A stretch of DNA of 64,000 nucleotides from Solirubrobacteraceae bacterium (GCA_035486935.1 DATHMQ010000106.1:1187-65186), one strand, 5' to 3'; positions 37,539 through 47,762 are shown, numbered from the stretch's first letter. Notes: generated from the sequence alone by a model not told the origin. Program-made: numbers and translations.

Positions 37539-37648
37539 GGCCATTTACGAGACGGGCTTTAGACGATTACGCAACCAAGATTAGCCATTTACGCATGTTA
37601 GACTAGGCGATTACGCAGGCCAAACTCGACGTTTACGCTGCCGAGGTC
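37539..37648 (+). repeat. Degenerate 22-bp-period array, 5 units with TTACG core
   Basis: TTACG at 37545, 37567, 37589, 37611 and 37633 (exact 22-bp spacing). Confidence 0.9.
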
Positions 37649-37651
37649 CTC

Positions 37652-38887
37652 TTGAATATCGTCCACCCTCGCCATCTCCGCCCGTCGTTGCTCGAAGCCT
37701 TGGCCGACACCAGGGTTGTATTCCTTGCCGGCGCACGGCAGGTCGGCAAGACGACTTTGACGCGCGAGATCGCTGCCGGTGAGCACCCGATGACCGTATT
37801 GAGCCTGGACGAGGCCGCGACCCGAGACGCTGCTTCACGCGATCCTGGAGGTTTCCTGGCTGCCCTTCCCGGGCCTGTTGTGATCGACGAGATCCAGCAT
37901 GTGCCAGAGCTGCTGCCGGAGATCAAGGACGCGGTCGACAGGGACCCTACTTCCGGGCGTTTCCTCCTGACGGGCTCGGCCAACATCCTCACCTCCAAGA
38001 AGGTCAAGGACGCGCTCACCGGTCGCATCGAGACACTGAATCTCTGGCCCTTGGCTCAGAGCGAGCTGCAGGGCGGCCAGCTGAACTTTGTAGATGCGCT
38101 CCTCGATGGGGCTCCACCACAGCTTGGCGGTTGTGTGGTGGGTCGTGATGCCTTTACATCGATCGTCGACGCGGGCGGCTATCCCGAAGCACTCCTGCGC
38201 ACAGGGGCACGACGCGAGCGCTGGTTTGAGAGCTACGTCGACAGCACGCTCGACAGCGATCTGCGCGATATCTCAGACGCGATCAAGGTCGAGGAGATGC
38301 CCAGGTTGTTGCGTTTGCTCGCGTCGCAGGGAGCCAATCTGTTGTCCTATCGGAACGCCGCCGCGCGACTGAATATCAGTCACGACACGGTCAAGGCGTA
38401 TGTGGGACTTTTGGAGCAGCTGTTTCTGGTTCGGAGGCTCCAGGCTTGGCGGCCGGGTTTGGGGGCACGCGAGGTCAGCACTCCGAAGGTCTATCTGGTC
38501 GATTCCGGCTTGCTCGCAAACCTGCTCGGGGCCGATCGGACGCGTATCGCAATCGACGATCAAGTCACCGGCAAGATCCTCGAGAATTTCGTCGCTATGG
38601 AGGTACTCAGGCACCTTGGGTGGGCCAAAAACAGGGTGCGCCTCTATCACTATCAACGCGATCGTGAAGATGTGGATCTCATTCTCGAGCGCGCCGACGG
38701 TCAGATCGCCGCCATCGAGGTGAAGGCGCGTGCAACCATCGCCAGCCAGGACTACAAGTGGCTGATCAGGCTCCGCGAGCGCCGCGGCTCCCAGTTCGTG
38801 GCGGGGGTCGTCATCCACCCTCGTGAGCAGACGATCCCTTTGGGGGATCGTCTCTGGGCGCTGCCGATAGCGTCGCTGTGGGCGTGA
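37652..38887 (+). CDS. AAA+ ATPase (AAA_14) with C-terminal DUF4143 PD-(D/E)xK-like domain
   Basis: Walker A GARQVGKTT, Walker B VVIDEIQ, LLTGS, PKVYLVDSGL, ENFVAMEV, DVDLILE...IEVK; TTG start with GAGG RBS. Confidence 0.92.
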   Translation: MNIVHPRHLRPSLLEALADTRVVFLAGARQVGKTTLTREIAAGEHPMTVLSLDEAATRDAASRDPGGFLAALPGPVVIDEIQHVPELLPEIKDAVDRDPTSGRFLLTGSANILTSKKVKDALTGRIETLNLWPLAQSELQGGQLNFVDALLDGAPPQLGGCVVGRDAFTSIVDAGGYPEALLRTGARRERWFESYVDSTLDSDLRDISDAIKVEEMPRLLRLLASQGANLLSYRNAAARLNISHDTVKAYVGLLEQLFLVRRLQAWRPGLGAREVSTPKVYLVDSGLLANLLGADRTRIAIDDQVTGKILENFVAMEVLRHLGWAKNRVRLYHYQRDREDVDLILERADGQIAAIEVKARATIASQDYKWLIRLRERRGSQFVAGVVIHPREQTIPLGDRLWALPIASLWA

Positions 38888-38972
38888 TGTTCGGGTAAGT
38901 CTTCTCGGTGTCGCCGAGACTGGTCCTCTAGCGCGGTGAGGCTGAGGCAGGTTCGCCGCTAGTACAAGTCCC

Positions 38973-39830
38973 TCACTGCCAGACACGCACCCAGTCGACC
39001 AGCATGTGCGCTGGGAACTGGGTCGCGGCGTTCGGGGGGCCCGGCCAATCCCCGCCTACCGCCAGGTTCAGCAGGAGGAAGAAGGGGTGGTCGAAGGGCC
39101 AGGGGGCGCCGGGGGGCAGGTCCGTTGGGGTGATCGTCTTGTAGACGACTCCGTCGAGCAGGAAGCTGATCCGCTCAGGCGCCCATTCGACGCCGTAGAC
39201 GTGGAAGCCGGCTGAGAGGGGAGTCGATGAAGATGCGGTACCGCCGACGCCTTTCGGTGCGAATGGCCAAGGACCGTGCAAGGTGCCGTTGACGACGTTT
39301 GGTTCAGAGCCCAAAACCTCCATCGCGTCGATCTCGCCACAGCCGGGCCACGAATTTTCGCTGGCATAGCCTTCGCTGCCGAGTAGCCAGAACGAGGGCC
39401 ACATTCCCTTACCGGCCGGCACTTGTATGCGGGCTTCGACAAGCCCGTACTGGAACTGAAACTTGTGCAGTGTCTGTAGTCGGGCGGAGGTGTAATGCCT
39501 GGTGATCCCGTCCGAGCCGGTATAGCTTTCAGCCAAGGCGGTGACGTCCAGGTCCCCTTTCCCATCGAGAGAGGCGTTCTGCGTTCTGGAGGTGTACGAC
39601 TCAAGCTCTTCGTTCCCCCAGCCCTTGCCACCGGTATCGAAGTTCCAGACATTCGTGTCAGGACTGCTGCCGACAGGTCCGTTGAATTCTTCAGACCAGA
39701 TCAGGTGCGCGGGTATGGCGGCGATACGTGCGCGAATCGGTTTGCGAGCTGGTCGAGCCATAACAGGCACCGCGACCATCCCAGCAAGCAGGGATATGCA
39801 GAAGATCAGCTTGAGCGAACGTCGGAACAT
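38973..39830 (-). CDS. Secreted glycoside hydrolase family 16 (laminarinase-like)
   Basis: Signal peptide; WSEEFNG, GWGNEELESY, YTSARL, WPSFW and catalytic EIDAME. Confidence 0.93.
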   Translation of the reverse strand: MFRRSLKLIFCISLLAGMVAVPVMARPARKPIRARIAAIPAHLIWSEEFNGPVGSSPDTNVWNFDTGGKGWGNEELESYTSRTQNASLDGKGDLDVTALAESYTGSDGITRHYTSARLQTLHKFQFQYGLVEARIQVPAGKGMWPSFWLLGSEGYASENSWPGCGEIDAMEVLGSEPNVVNGTLHGPWPFAPKGVGGTASSSTPLSAGFHVYGVEWAPERISFLLDGVVYKTITPTDLPPGAPWPFDHPFFLLLNLAVGGDWPGPPNAATQFPAHMLVDWVRVWQ

Positions 39831-39916
39831 CACCTTCGCATCGCCACAATCGTGTCGATTCTTGAGCGTTCCCGACGCCCGCAAAGCTGGGCGCTGTGCA
39901 GGCCTGCTTGGAGTCC

Positions 39917-40663
39917 TCAGAGCGCCGGGGAAGAACTGCGCCCGGCTACTTGCGGTAGGCGCGAGGACAAAGCCTCAATTACACGCTCGATGGCGCTCTC
40001 GACTGACTCCTCCCCTGAGTGGAGGGTGAGGGCGGGATTGAGAGGCGTCTCATACGGAGCATCCACTCCGGTCAAGCCGGCAAGCTTGCCGGCGCGGGCC
40101 CGTGCGTAGAGCCCCTTTGGGTCGCGCTCCTCGCACAGCCGCAACGGAGCATCGACGAAGATCTCAAGGAAAGGCAGGTCTGCGTCCGCATGCAGGGAGG
40201 CCGCGGCTTCGCGGTCCTGGGCGTATGGGCTGACGAGGCTGACGATCGCCAAAGTCCCCGACTCCGCGAGCAGTCTCGCTACGTGGGCCGTGCGGCGCAC
40301 GTTCTCGCTGCGCGCTGCCTCGTTGAAGCCGAGATCGCCGTTCAGGCCGTGGCGCAGGTTGTCGCCGTCGAGCATGAACGCTGGGCGTCCGGATGTGACA
40401 AGGCGCTCCTCAAGCGCGGCGGCGATCGTCGACTTGCCGGCGGCCGGAAGTCCGGTGAACCAGATGGTGGCGCCGGCGTGCCCCAAGGATTCCCAGCGTT
40501 GATCGCGTGTGAGCGCTGTGCGCTGCCAGCGAACGTTGGGGCTGTGTTCCTGGCCACTATGTCGAGGACTTTGCACAGGAGCGACGTCCGGCGCTTCGAT
40601 CTCGGTCTCGCGGGAAGACCGGGGGCTGGCGGTGCTTTTGTTGGCGATCGATGTGGCTCGCAC
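39917..40663 (-). CDS. cysC: Adenylyl-sulfate (APS) kinase
   Basis: WFTGLPAAGKSTIA, LDGDNLRHGLNGDLGF and RDPKGLY motifs; GTG start with AGGGGG RBS. Confidence 0.95.
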   Translation of the reverse strand: MRATSIANKSTASPRSSRETEIEAPDVAPVQSPRHSGQEHSPNVRWQRTALTRDQRWESLGHAGATIWFTGLPAAGKSTIAAALEERLVTSGRPAFMLDGDNLRHGLNGDLGFNEAARSENVRRTAHVARLLAESGTLAIVSLVSPYAQDREAAASLHADADLPFLEIFVDAPLRLCEERDPKGLYARARAGKLAGLTGVDAPYETPLNPALTLHSGEESVESAIERVIEALSSRLPQVAGRSSSPAL

Positions 40664-40793
40664 GTGAAAACCCCCTTTGGGTTCAACCGTTGTGTAGGCT
40701 CCACTACCCGGGACGCCGCCACGCATTCGGGTCCCACGCTTACTCTCGATCATGGATGCTCGCTGATGGATCGTACAGGGATGAACTGAACCT

Positions 40794-42947
40794 ATGTCTC
40801 TAGATCCATCAGAATCTACTTCAGACAGCCTGGCCGATGTCTCGGTCGTGATATGCGCGTATACCGAGCAACGCTGGGATGAGCTGTTGGCCGCGGTGAG
40901 ATCGGTGGAGGGCCAATCGCTCGCTACAAGGGAGATCATCGTCGTGATCGACAACAATCCTGCGCTCCTGGCTCGTGTGCGGGAGGCGCTTCCCGATGTG
41001 ATCGCCGAGGAAAACAGCGCCGGGCGCGGAGCGGGGCAGGCACGCAATCGCGCTGTGGGTCTTGCCAGTGGTTCGATCATCGCGTTTCTCGACGATGACG
41101 CGGTGGCGACGCCTGAGTGGATCGAGCGCGCTACGGCCGCCTTCGAGGATCCGCGCGTAATCGGAGTTGGCGGAACGATTGAGCCGATCTGGGAGGCGCG
41201 CCGCCCCCCTTGGATGGCCGAGGAGTTCTACTGGACTTTGGGCTGCACCTATCCCGGACTGCCAACCAAGCCGGCGCCGATCCGCAACCTGATAGCCGCC
41301 AATATGTTCGTACGGCGTGAGGCGTTCCTCGAGCTCGGCGGCTTTCGGGCCGGCTTTGGGAAGACGGGGACTCGTTCTGGCACCGAGGAGACCGACCTTT
41401 GCATCAGGGCCAATCAGCGCTGGCCGGAGAGCATCTGGCTGTATGACCCTACCGTTGCTGTGAGGCACAGGGTGTCAGCAGGTAGAACGCGGCTGAGCTA
41501 CTTCGTTTCGCGCTGTTACGACGAGGGCATCGCCAAGGCGTCGATCGTGGAGTTCGTCGGTGGGCGGGACGGCTTGGCGGCCGAGCGCTTTTACACGGCG
41601 CGGATTCTTCCGCGAGGGTTCGTGCGAGGTGTGACGGCCGCTCTTAGAGGCGATGTCACAGGCCTTGCTCGCAGCGCCTCGATCGCGATCGGGCTGACCG
41701 CGACAGTTGCGGGCTACCTGGTCGGAGAGGTTGCGCTTCGTCGTGAGAGCGCACCGACTGACAATTCGGCGGATCTGAGCAAGACGCAGCCGATCGGTGT
41801 CGGGACCAAGGGCGGAGGTGTGCTCGTGGTCGGCTCCGGGACGCATTTCATCAGCGGCGTGAGCCACTACACCCGCTATGTGGCGGTGGCCCTGGCCGAG
41901 CGCACGCCCGTCTCAGTCATCCTGATGCGCAGGCTGATCCCGCGAGCGCTCTATCCGGGGCGTGATCGGGTCGGCGACGAAACCCTCACCGACGAGGACT
42001 ATCCGCCCGGGATGGAAGTCTTCGACGGGGTCGATTGGTATTGGCTTCCCAGCATGCTGGGAGCGCTGAGCTTATTGCGTCGCACCCGGCCCGAGGCGGT
42101 GCTGTTCCAGTGGTGGACGGGCTCCGTGCTGCACTCCTATGTGCTGCTGGCATTGGCCGCTCGCCTGAGCGGGGCGAGGATCATCATCGAGATCCACGAG
42201 ATCCAGGACACCGGAGAGGCGAAGCTGGCGCCGGTGCGCTTCTATGTCGGGCATTTTGGACGCTGGCTGATGCGGATGGCCGACGCTTACATCGTGCACT
42301 CCGAGTTCGACCGCGAGGCGCTTGGTAAGAGCTTCGACATCGGGCAACGCCCGGTCAGGGTTGTGCGACATGGGCCCTTCTCGCACTACGCGGTCGCGGA
42401 GTCAACGCGCCTGCGCGAGGCGCCCGAGGGTATGTGCAACATCCTCTTCTTTGGCACCATCCGGCCCTATAAGGGGCTCGAGGATCTGGTGCAGGCGTTT
42501 GAGCTGCTCGCCCGCGATGACGAGAACTGTTGGCTCACGGTAGTGGGGGAGACCTGGGAAGATTGGACGCAGCCGATCGAGATGATCAAGGCGTCGAAGT
42601 ATCGAGATAGGATCACGCTGGTCAATCACTACGTCTCGGATGCGGAGGTCAGTCGCTGGTTTGCGGGCGCCGACATAGTGTCGCTGCCTTATCGACGCTC
42701 GTCTGCGAGCGGGCCGCTGCATCTAACGATGGACGCCGGCCTCCCGGTAGTCGTTACCGACGTGGGCGGTCTTACCGAAGCAGTTCATGGATACGATGGC
42801 GCGGTGCTTGTGCCCGGAGCTGATCCGGATCGCCTAAGTAATGGCTTGCGCGAGGCGATGGCCCTCCGCGGAATACGTTTTGAAGACGCGAGCTCTTGGG
42901 TGGATAACGCCGACACCGTGCTCCAGCTGCTTACCCCAGGATTGTGA
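40794..42947 (+). CDS. Fused GT2 plus GT4 glycosyltransferase
   Basis: N-half VSVVICAYT, FLDDDA, EETDLC; C-half SGVSHYT, FFGTIRPYKGLEDL, LPYRRSSASG. Confidence 0.9.
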   Translation: MSLDPSESTSDSLADVSVVICAYTEQRWDELLAAVRSVEGQSLATREIIVVIDNNPALLARVREALPDVIAEENSAGRGAGQARNRAVGLASGSIIAFLDDDAVATPEWIERATAAFEDPRVIGVGGTIEPIWEARRPPWMAEEFYWTLGCTYPGLPTKPAPIRNLIAANMFVRREAFLELGGFRAGFGKTGTRSGTEETDLCIRANQRWPESIWLYDPTVAVRHRVSAGRTRLSYFVSRCYDEGIAKASIVEFVGGRDGLAAERFYTARILPRGFVRGVTAALRGDVTGLARSASIAIGLTATVAGYLVGEVALRRESAPTDNSADLSKTQPIGVGTKGGGVLVVGSGTHFISGVSHYTRYVAVALAERTPVSVILMRRLIPRALYPGRDRVGDETLTDEDYPPGMEVFDGVDWYWLPSMLGALSLLRRTRPEAVLFQWWTGSVLHSYVLLALAARLSGARIIIEIHEIQDTGEAKLAPVRFYVGHFGRWLMRMADAYIVHSEFDREALGKSFDIGQRPVRVVRHGPFSHYAVAESTRLREAPEGMCNILFFGTIRPYKGLEDLVQAFELLARDDENCWLTVVGETWEDWTQPIEMIKASKYRDRITLVNHYVSDAEVSRWFAGADIVSLPYRRSSASGPLHLTMDAGLPVVVTDVGGLTEAVHGYDGAVLVPGADPDRLSNGLREAMALRGIRFEDASSWVDNADTVLQLLTPGL

Positions 42948-42960
42948 GATCCGCTAGAGG

Positions 42961-44400
42961 ATGCCTGTGTCCGTTCATAGCCCAGACAGACACGAGGATA
43001 GCTCAGCAACCGCCTCTCGTACCACAGTGAGATCAAACCCGCAAGTCGCTGCCGACAGTGCGCCCTCTCTTCTCGACGAGGGGTTGATAGCCGGCTCGGT
43101 GCACCTCCTGCGCCGTGCCGGCGTGGTCCTCGTGGTACAGGTCGTCGGTGCTGGTCTGGCCTATGGGTTGCAGGTGTTGCTAGCTCGCCTGATGGGTGCC
43201 TCCGATTACGGTCTCTACACATACGTCTACGTCTGGGTAACCTTCGTCGCCCTTCTTGCAGGCCTGGGTTTTCCGGCTGCCAGCATCCGCTTCCTCCCTG
43301 TGTACCGAGTTCAGGAGGACTGGCCCCGGATTCGTGGCTTTATGCGCTCTACGTCGCGATTCACGTACGCGACGGCGATTGCCATAGCGCTGTGCGCGAT
43401 TGCGTCTGTCGAAGCGCTGCGCGCCTTTGGCTTGCTGACAGGCTCATCGTCCGTTGTGTTCGGAGCACTACTGGTCCCCGCGCTGGCAGGCTCAATGCTT
43501 TACACCGAATTTGCGCGCGCGGGACATCGGGTCGGCGTGGCTTTCATCCCGCCGATGATTGCGCGACCGGCTTTGATCGGCATTGGCGCTGGGCTTCTTT
43601 TTGTCCTGCGCGGGACGCTCTCGACGGGCGGTGCGTTTGGTGCGACGCTGATATCAGCATACGCCGTGCTGGCAGTTCAGTACATTCTCACGCGGCATCT
43701 GTTTGACGGCCCTGCGACCGCGACCGAGCGTCGTCCGACAGTCGAGCTCCGAGAGTGGTTTGGAGTCGGAATTACGCTTCTGGCGGCCAGTGCCTTCGTC
43801 GTCACATTGATGCAAGTCGATATCGTTGTCGTTGGTATCTTTCGCGGTGCGCGTGATGCCGGAATCTACGCTGCGGCAAGCAAGACGGCCTCCCTGGTGG
43901 GGTTCGTGGTCATTGCCGTCAATGCAGCCGTGGCCCCTCAGTTCGCATCTCTCTGGGCGCTTGGAAGAGTCGATGAGCTGCAGCGTCTTGTAACTAAGCT
44001 TGCGGGCGTGATCTTTTGGCCATCTCTCGCGATCTCTGTTGGAATCGCCGCTCTCTCAGGACCATTGCTCGACCTCTTCGGGCCCGAATTTCACGAAGCC
44101 CGCTCGGCACTGATCGTCCTACTTGTCGGCCAGGTTGTGAGTGCGGCAGCAGGATCGGTTGGCTATCTCTTGACCCTCACCGGTCACCACCGTGAGGCCA
44201 CATGTGCAATCGGTCTCAGTGCGCTCGCTTGTATCTTGCTTGCCGTCGTCGGCGTATGGGCACTTGGTCTTGTTGGGGCCGCGCTAGGCTCAATGGTAGG
44301 GTTTGCAATTTTCAATGGGTCGCTTTATTGGCTCGTTGTGCGCAAGTTGGGTATCCATGCGTCGATTTTCACGGCACTTCACCTACCACGACATCGCTAA
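42961..44400 (+). CDS. Wzx-type flippase
   Basis: VLLARLMGASDYG, QVDIVVVG and AGIYAAASK motifs; many TM helices. Confidence 0.88.
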   Translation: MPVSVHSPDRHEDSSATASRTTVRSNPQVAADSAPSLLDEGLIAGSVHLLRRAGVVLVVQVVGAGLAYGLQVLLARLMGASDYGLYTYVYVWVTFVALLAGLGFPAASIRFLPVYRVQEDWPRIRGFMRSTSRFTYATAIAIALCAIASVEALRAFGLLTGSSSVVFGALLVPALAGSMLYTEFARAGHRVGVAFIPPMIARPALIGIGAGLLFVLRGTLSTGGAFGATLISAYAVLAVQYILTRHLFDGPATATERRPTVELREWFGVGITLLAASAFVVTLMQVDIVVVGIFRGARDAGIYAAASKTASLVGFVVIAVNAAVAPQFASLWALGRVDELQRLVTKLAGVIFWPSLAISVGIAALSGPLLDLFGPEFHEARSALIVLLVGQVVSAAAGSVGYLLTLTGHHREATCAIGLSALACILLAVVGVWALGLVGAALGSMVGFAIFNGSLYWLVVRKLGIHASIFTALHLPRHR

Positions 44401-44434
44401 TGATCGCGCACATCGACATTTGCGTACATAGTGT

Positions 44435-45430
44435 ATGCTTAGTCTTGTGGATAACCCTTCCGTCAAGGTAATATATGTCGGTGGTTATGCTCGCAGCGGC
44501 AGCACACTGCTAGGACGTGTGCTTGGCGAGCCGCCGGGTATGGTGTGTGTTGGCGAGACCCGCTTCTTGTGGAGCAGAGGTCTTATCAATAATGTCGATT
44601 GCGGTTGTGGACAGCCCTTTCGCTCATGCCCATTCTGGAGCGCGGTCGGGGACGAGGCCTTTGGTGGCTGGGATCGAGTAAATGCCGAGGAGATAACAGA
44701 GCTTGATCGTGTGGTGAACCTACCTCAAGCGCTTCCATACTACTGGGCGCCATGGCTGCGACCTGGTATGAGCGACAAGATCAAGCATTACGCTACCCTT
44801 CTTGCTGCACTATACGGTGCGATCGCACGTGTCTCCGGAGCGAAAGTGATAATCGAGACAAGCAAGGACCCCACCTTTGCCTGCCTTCTTACGCGTATAC
44901 CGGGTAGTGACGTGCGCGTTGTTCACCTTGTTCGCGACAGCCGTGCCGTCGCATACTCGTGGACTCGGAGGAGGCGGATGCCAAGCCCGATCGGCGAGCA
45001 GGAGTTTATGCCCCAGGCCAGCCCAACCGAGACGGCGATTAAGTGGTCGGCATGGAACGTGGGCTGTTATGTGCTCAAGGTAGCGCGATTTTCTTATCAA
45101 AGACTCACATATGAGAGCTTTGTTGCTGATCCACGTGCAATGCTGGACAAGCTGAGTGCCTTTGTGGACGAGGTTACTATTTCGTCGGACTCTCGACTGA
45201 GGGACAAAGAAGTAAAGCTCAGTGATCATCACATATTCTCTGGCAACCCCATGCGCGCAACAACTGGCTGGCTGCCGGTGCGCCTTGACACTGAGTGGCA
45301 GACGCAGCTATCCACGTCACAGTTTGCAAAGGTGACGGCGATCACATGGCCGCTACTACGCCTAAACGGCTACGCTACTGTACCGGCACTCAGAAAGTCG
45401 GAGGGTACTGTAGTGAGCAGCGGCTCGTGA
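44435..45430 (+). CDS. PAPS-dependent sulfotransferase
   Basis: 5'-PSB GGYARSGSTLL; 3'-PB HLVRDSRAVAYS; YESFVADP. Confidence 0.9.
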   Translation: MLSLVDNPSVKVIYVGGYARSGSTLLGRVLGEPPGMVCVGETRFLWSRGLINNVDCGCGQPFRSCPFWSAVGDEAFGGWDRVNAEEITELDRVVNLPQALPYYWAPWLRPGMSDKIKHYATLLAALYGAIARVSGAKVIIETSKDPTFACLLTRIPGSDVRVVHLVRDSRAVAYSWTRRRRMPSPIGEQEFMPQASPTETAIKWSAWNVGCYVLKVARFSYQRLTYESFVADPRAMLDKLSAFVDEVTISSDSRLRDKEVKLSDHHIFSGNPMRATTGWLPVRLDTEWQTQLSTSQFAKVTAITWPLLRLNGYATVPALRKSEGTVVSSGS

Positions 45431-45535
45431 AATAAGCGGTTCGAGGATCTTACCCGTGATGGATCGACCATAGACGTGCTACAGACGTGGACATTGAGCC
45501 TATATATCTGCTATCCACCCATATAGCCAGATCTT

Positions 45536-46321
45536 CTAGGATCGCTTGAGGACGCACAGCTCCTCTGACTGTGGTCGAAACCGTGAGACAGGCTGGATAG
45601 GCCGTGTAAGACTAGTGCCCCGAGCAAGGGTTGTCCTGCGCTTGGGTGCATGGAAATGAACCCACTCGATGCATTCGACAACCTTGGCTGTGTCGCCGAT
45701 TGCATTAGGTGTTCCAAGCCTTCCTGTCTCAGTAAGAGTCTGGAAGACGCGCCGGGTGTTCAAGACGGGCACCTCCGAGGCAAATATGCCGCTGTCGGGA
45801 TCCCCGAGTCCGTTGTCGAGTAGGTCCTCGATGAAGTACATACCACCAACGCGGAGGCGATCAAAGAGAACACCGAACGTAATCTGCTGATGGTCTGCAC
45901 GGTGGCTTCCGTCGTCAATAATGATGTCGAAGTCGTCCGACCCGGTAGCGTCAATGATCTCGCGAAGTTGCGTCGGATCCCCCTGGTCGGCAATGAATGT
46001 CGTGATTCGGTACGTGTCCAGATGTGTCGCTGGGTTGATGTCGACCCCGAAGATGCGCGCTCGAGGGAAGTACTCGGCCCACATCTTTGCCGACGCTCCT
46101 CCCGTCGCATTTGTTCCCTGAGCTATCTGGGCGTCCCAACCGCTTCCCATTACGCCGAGGCCGATTTCCAAAATCCGGATCTCCTGGTGACGCATAGGGC
46201 ATAGGTAGGCCTCGTATATGTCGGTGTAGTTATGAACGTGCCAGGTGTTTACAGGTCCTTCTGTGCCCTTATCCGTCCCGTGCTTGTTCGCGATCGCCGT
46301 CAGTGAAAGTTCCGTCAACAT
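45536..46321 (-). CDS. Class I SAM-dependent O-methyltransferase-like protein
   Basis: GTDK...HNYTDIY, ILEIGL, FGVDI, DIIIDDGSH and GGMYFIED motifs. Confidence 0.85.
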   Translation of the reverse strand: MLTELSLTAIANKHGTDKGTEGPVNTWHVHNYTDIYEAYLCPMRHQEIRILEIGLGVMGSGWDAQIAQGTNATGGASAKMWAEYFPRARIFGVDINPATHLDTYRITTFIADQGDPTQLREIIDATGSDDFDIIIDDGSHRADHQQITFGVLFDRLRVGGMYFIEDLLDNGLGDPDSGIFASEVPVLNTRRVFQTLTETGRLGTPNAIGDTAKVVECIEWVHFHAPKRRTTLARGTSLTRPIQPVSRFRPQSEELCVLKRS

Positions 46322-47738
46322 GATCTTCCCTTTCTCTCACACTGGGCCCCTCATGGATCACATGGCCGAGGCCTAGCCTGTGCGACCGCGCGACGCCCGC
46401 AGCATACCGCAGTGGGCCACGCACGATCCCTTCGCGCCGCGCCCGTAGTAGCTCGTCGGGACGTATAGTCTGATTGTTGCTTGCCTCGGTCTTATCGTTA
46501 TGACCCAGCACACGCTTACGCAATTGGAGTCTGATCGCGATTTGAAGGGATCTCATGGCCATTGCGTAGAAGCGCAGGTCATGAGTCAAGGCCTTGGTCA
46601 AGACTGCGCCTAGACCCAGGCCATAGCCAAATATCTGATCGCGCAGCGCATCACCATCTTTACGATGTTCGTGCCAGCAAAGCGCGCGCGGCTCATAGAC
46701 GATCCGTCCCCCGCGAAGGATCGCCTGGCTAAATGCCCATGTCTCCTCGCAGGAACCGGCGGCACTCCCGGCACCTAGGGCCGGATCGAACCCCCCGCCG
46801 GCGATAATCTCCGCACGCCGAAACGCCATGTTGTTGCCGACTCCGATGACGCCGTTCACAAATGGGTACAACAGCCGACCGGGAACCGGCCCGGACTGCA
46901 GGTCATATGAGCGTCGCCTCATACCCTTTGAGAAGCCCGCGTACTGCTCGAAGCGCTTTTGTGCTTCGGTCTCCAGCTCTAGCGGCAGCACCATCCCGCA
47001 TGCGACGGTTACGTCAGGCTCAGCGAAAGGAGCGATAAGCCACTCCAACCATCCCGCGTCGGCGACCACATCATCGTCGGTGAAGACCACCATCTCGGCG
47101 TTCGTCTCGGTGACCCCTCGATTGCGAGCCACCGATAGGCCGACTCGCTGCTCGGCCACATAGCGAACGCGCGAGTCTTCCGCCATTATCGGCTCCACCG
47201 CGCGCAAGGTCTCCCCTGTAGCCGGTCGATTGTCAACCACCACCACCTCGAGCTCGGCTCGCCTTTGAGCGAGTAGCGAGCGAATGCAGTGCTCGAGCTG
47301 TTGCTCCCTGCCGGCAGTGGAGATGATCACCGCCACTGATGTGGCAAACTCGGGCGGCTTGCCGCCGGGACATCCAGTCGCAGGCGATCGAAGTCCCTCA
47401 ACCAGCGCGAGCGAGTCATCCGGCATCTCAGCGCATCTGAAGCGCTCGACATGCCGGCGGATCTCCGTACCTGCAGATCGCCAGATCTCAGCCGCTAGCT
47501 CGTCATCGGTGATGTCGGCAAGATTGCGCTCGATATGTACGATCGCGAGTGGCTGATCGTGCAAGCGCACCAGCAGTAGGCCGTCGCGTTGGCTTGAATC
47601 CCACCCGCGGCCATCTGGGGAGCTCGGCACGACCGACCGATCGAGATCCACGACTCCCATCGCGGTGGGATCGTTATGCTGGAACGCGGTTACAGGGAGA
47701 TGGCCGCTGGTCAGTTTCTCGCTTGGATCTTCGCTCAT
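46269..47738 (-). CDS. Glycosyltransferase family 2 with N-terminal accessory domain
   Basis: VVDNRP, GLSVARNRG, FTDDDV and GGFDPALGAG motifs; paralog of 55914-57215. Confidence 0.9.
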   Translation of the reverse strand: MSEDPSEKLTSGHLPVTAFQHNDPTAMGVVDLDRSVVPSSPDGRGWDSSQRDGLLLVRLHDQPLAIVHIERNLADITDDELAAEIWRSAGTEIRRHVERFRCAEMPDDSLALVEGLRSPATGCPGGKPPEFATSVAVIISTAGREQQLEHCIRSLLAQRRAELEVVVVDNRPATGETLRAVEPIMAEDSRVRYVAEQRVGLSVARNRGVTETNAEMVVFTDDDVVADAGWLEWLIAPFAEPDVTVACGMVLPLELETEAQKRFEQYAGFSKGMRRRSYDLQSGPVPGRLLYPFVNGVIGVGNNMAFRRAEIIAGGGFDPALGAGSAAGSCEETWAFSQAILRGGRIVYEPRALCWHEHRKDGDALRDQIFGYGLGLGAVLTKALTHDLRFYAMAMRSLQIAIRLQLRKRVLGHNDKTEASNNQTIRPDELLRARREGIVRGPLRYAAGVARSHRLGLGHVIHEGPSVREREDHVDGTFTDGDREQARDG

Positions 47739-47762
47739 CGGAGTATGTCGATCCTATACGAG

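Noticed and set aside
37539-37648. CRISPR array interpretation of the TTACG arrays (also 59947-60011 and 9576-9654)
   Set aside because: The 22-bp period is far too short for repeat plus spacer, there is no 23-47 bp conserved repeat, and no cas genes are in the window
46269-46321. 53-bp overlap between GT2 and methyltransferase as a frameshift or pseudogene
   Set aside because: Both ORFs are complete with their own motifs and the methyltransferase has an RBS-like GGGAAG; this looks like simple stop-codon drift
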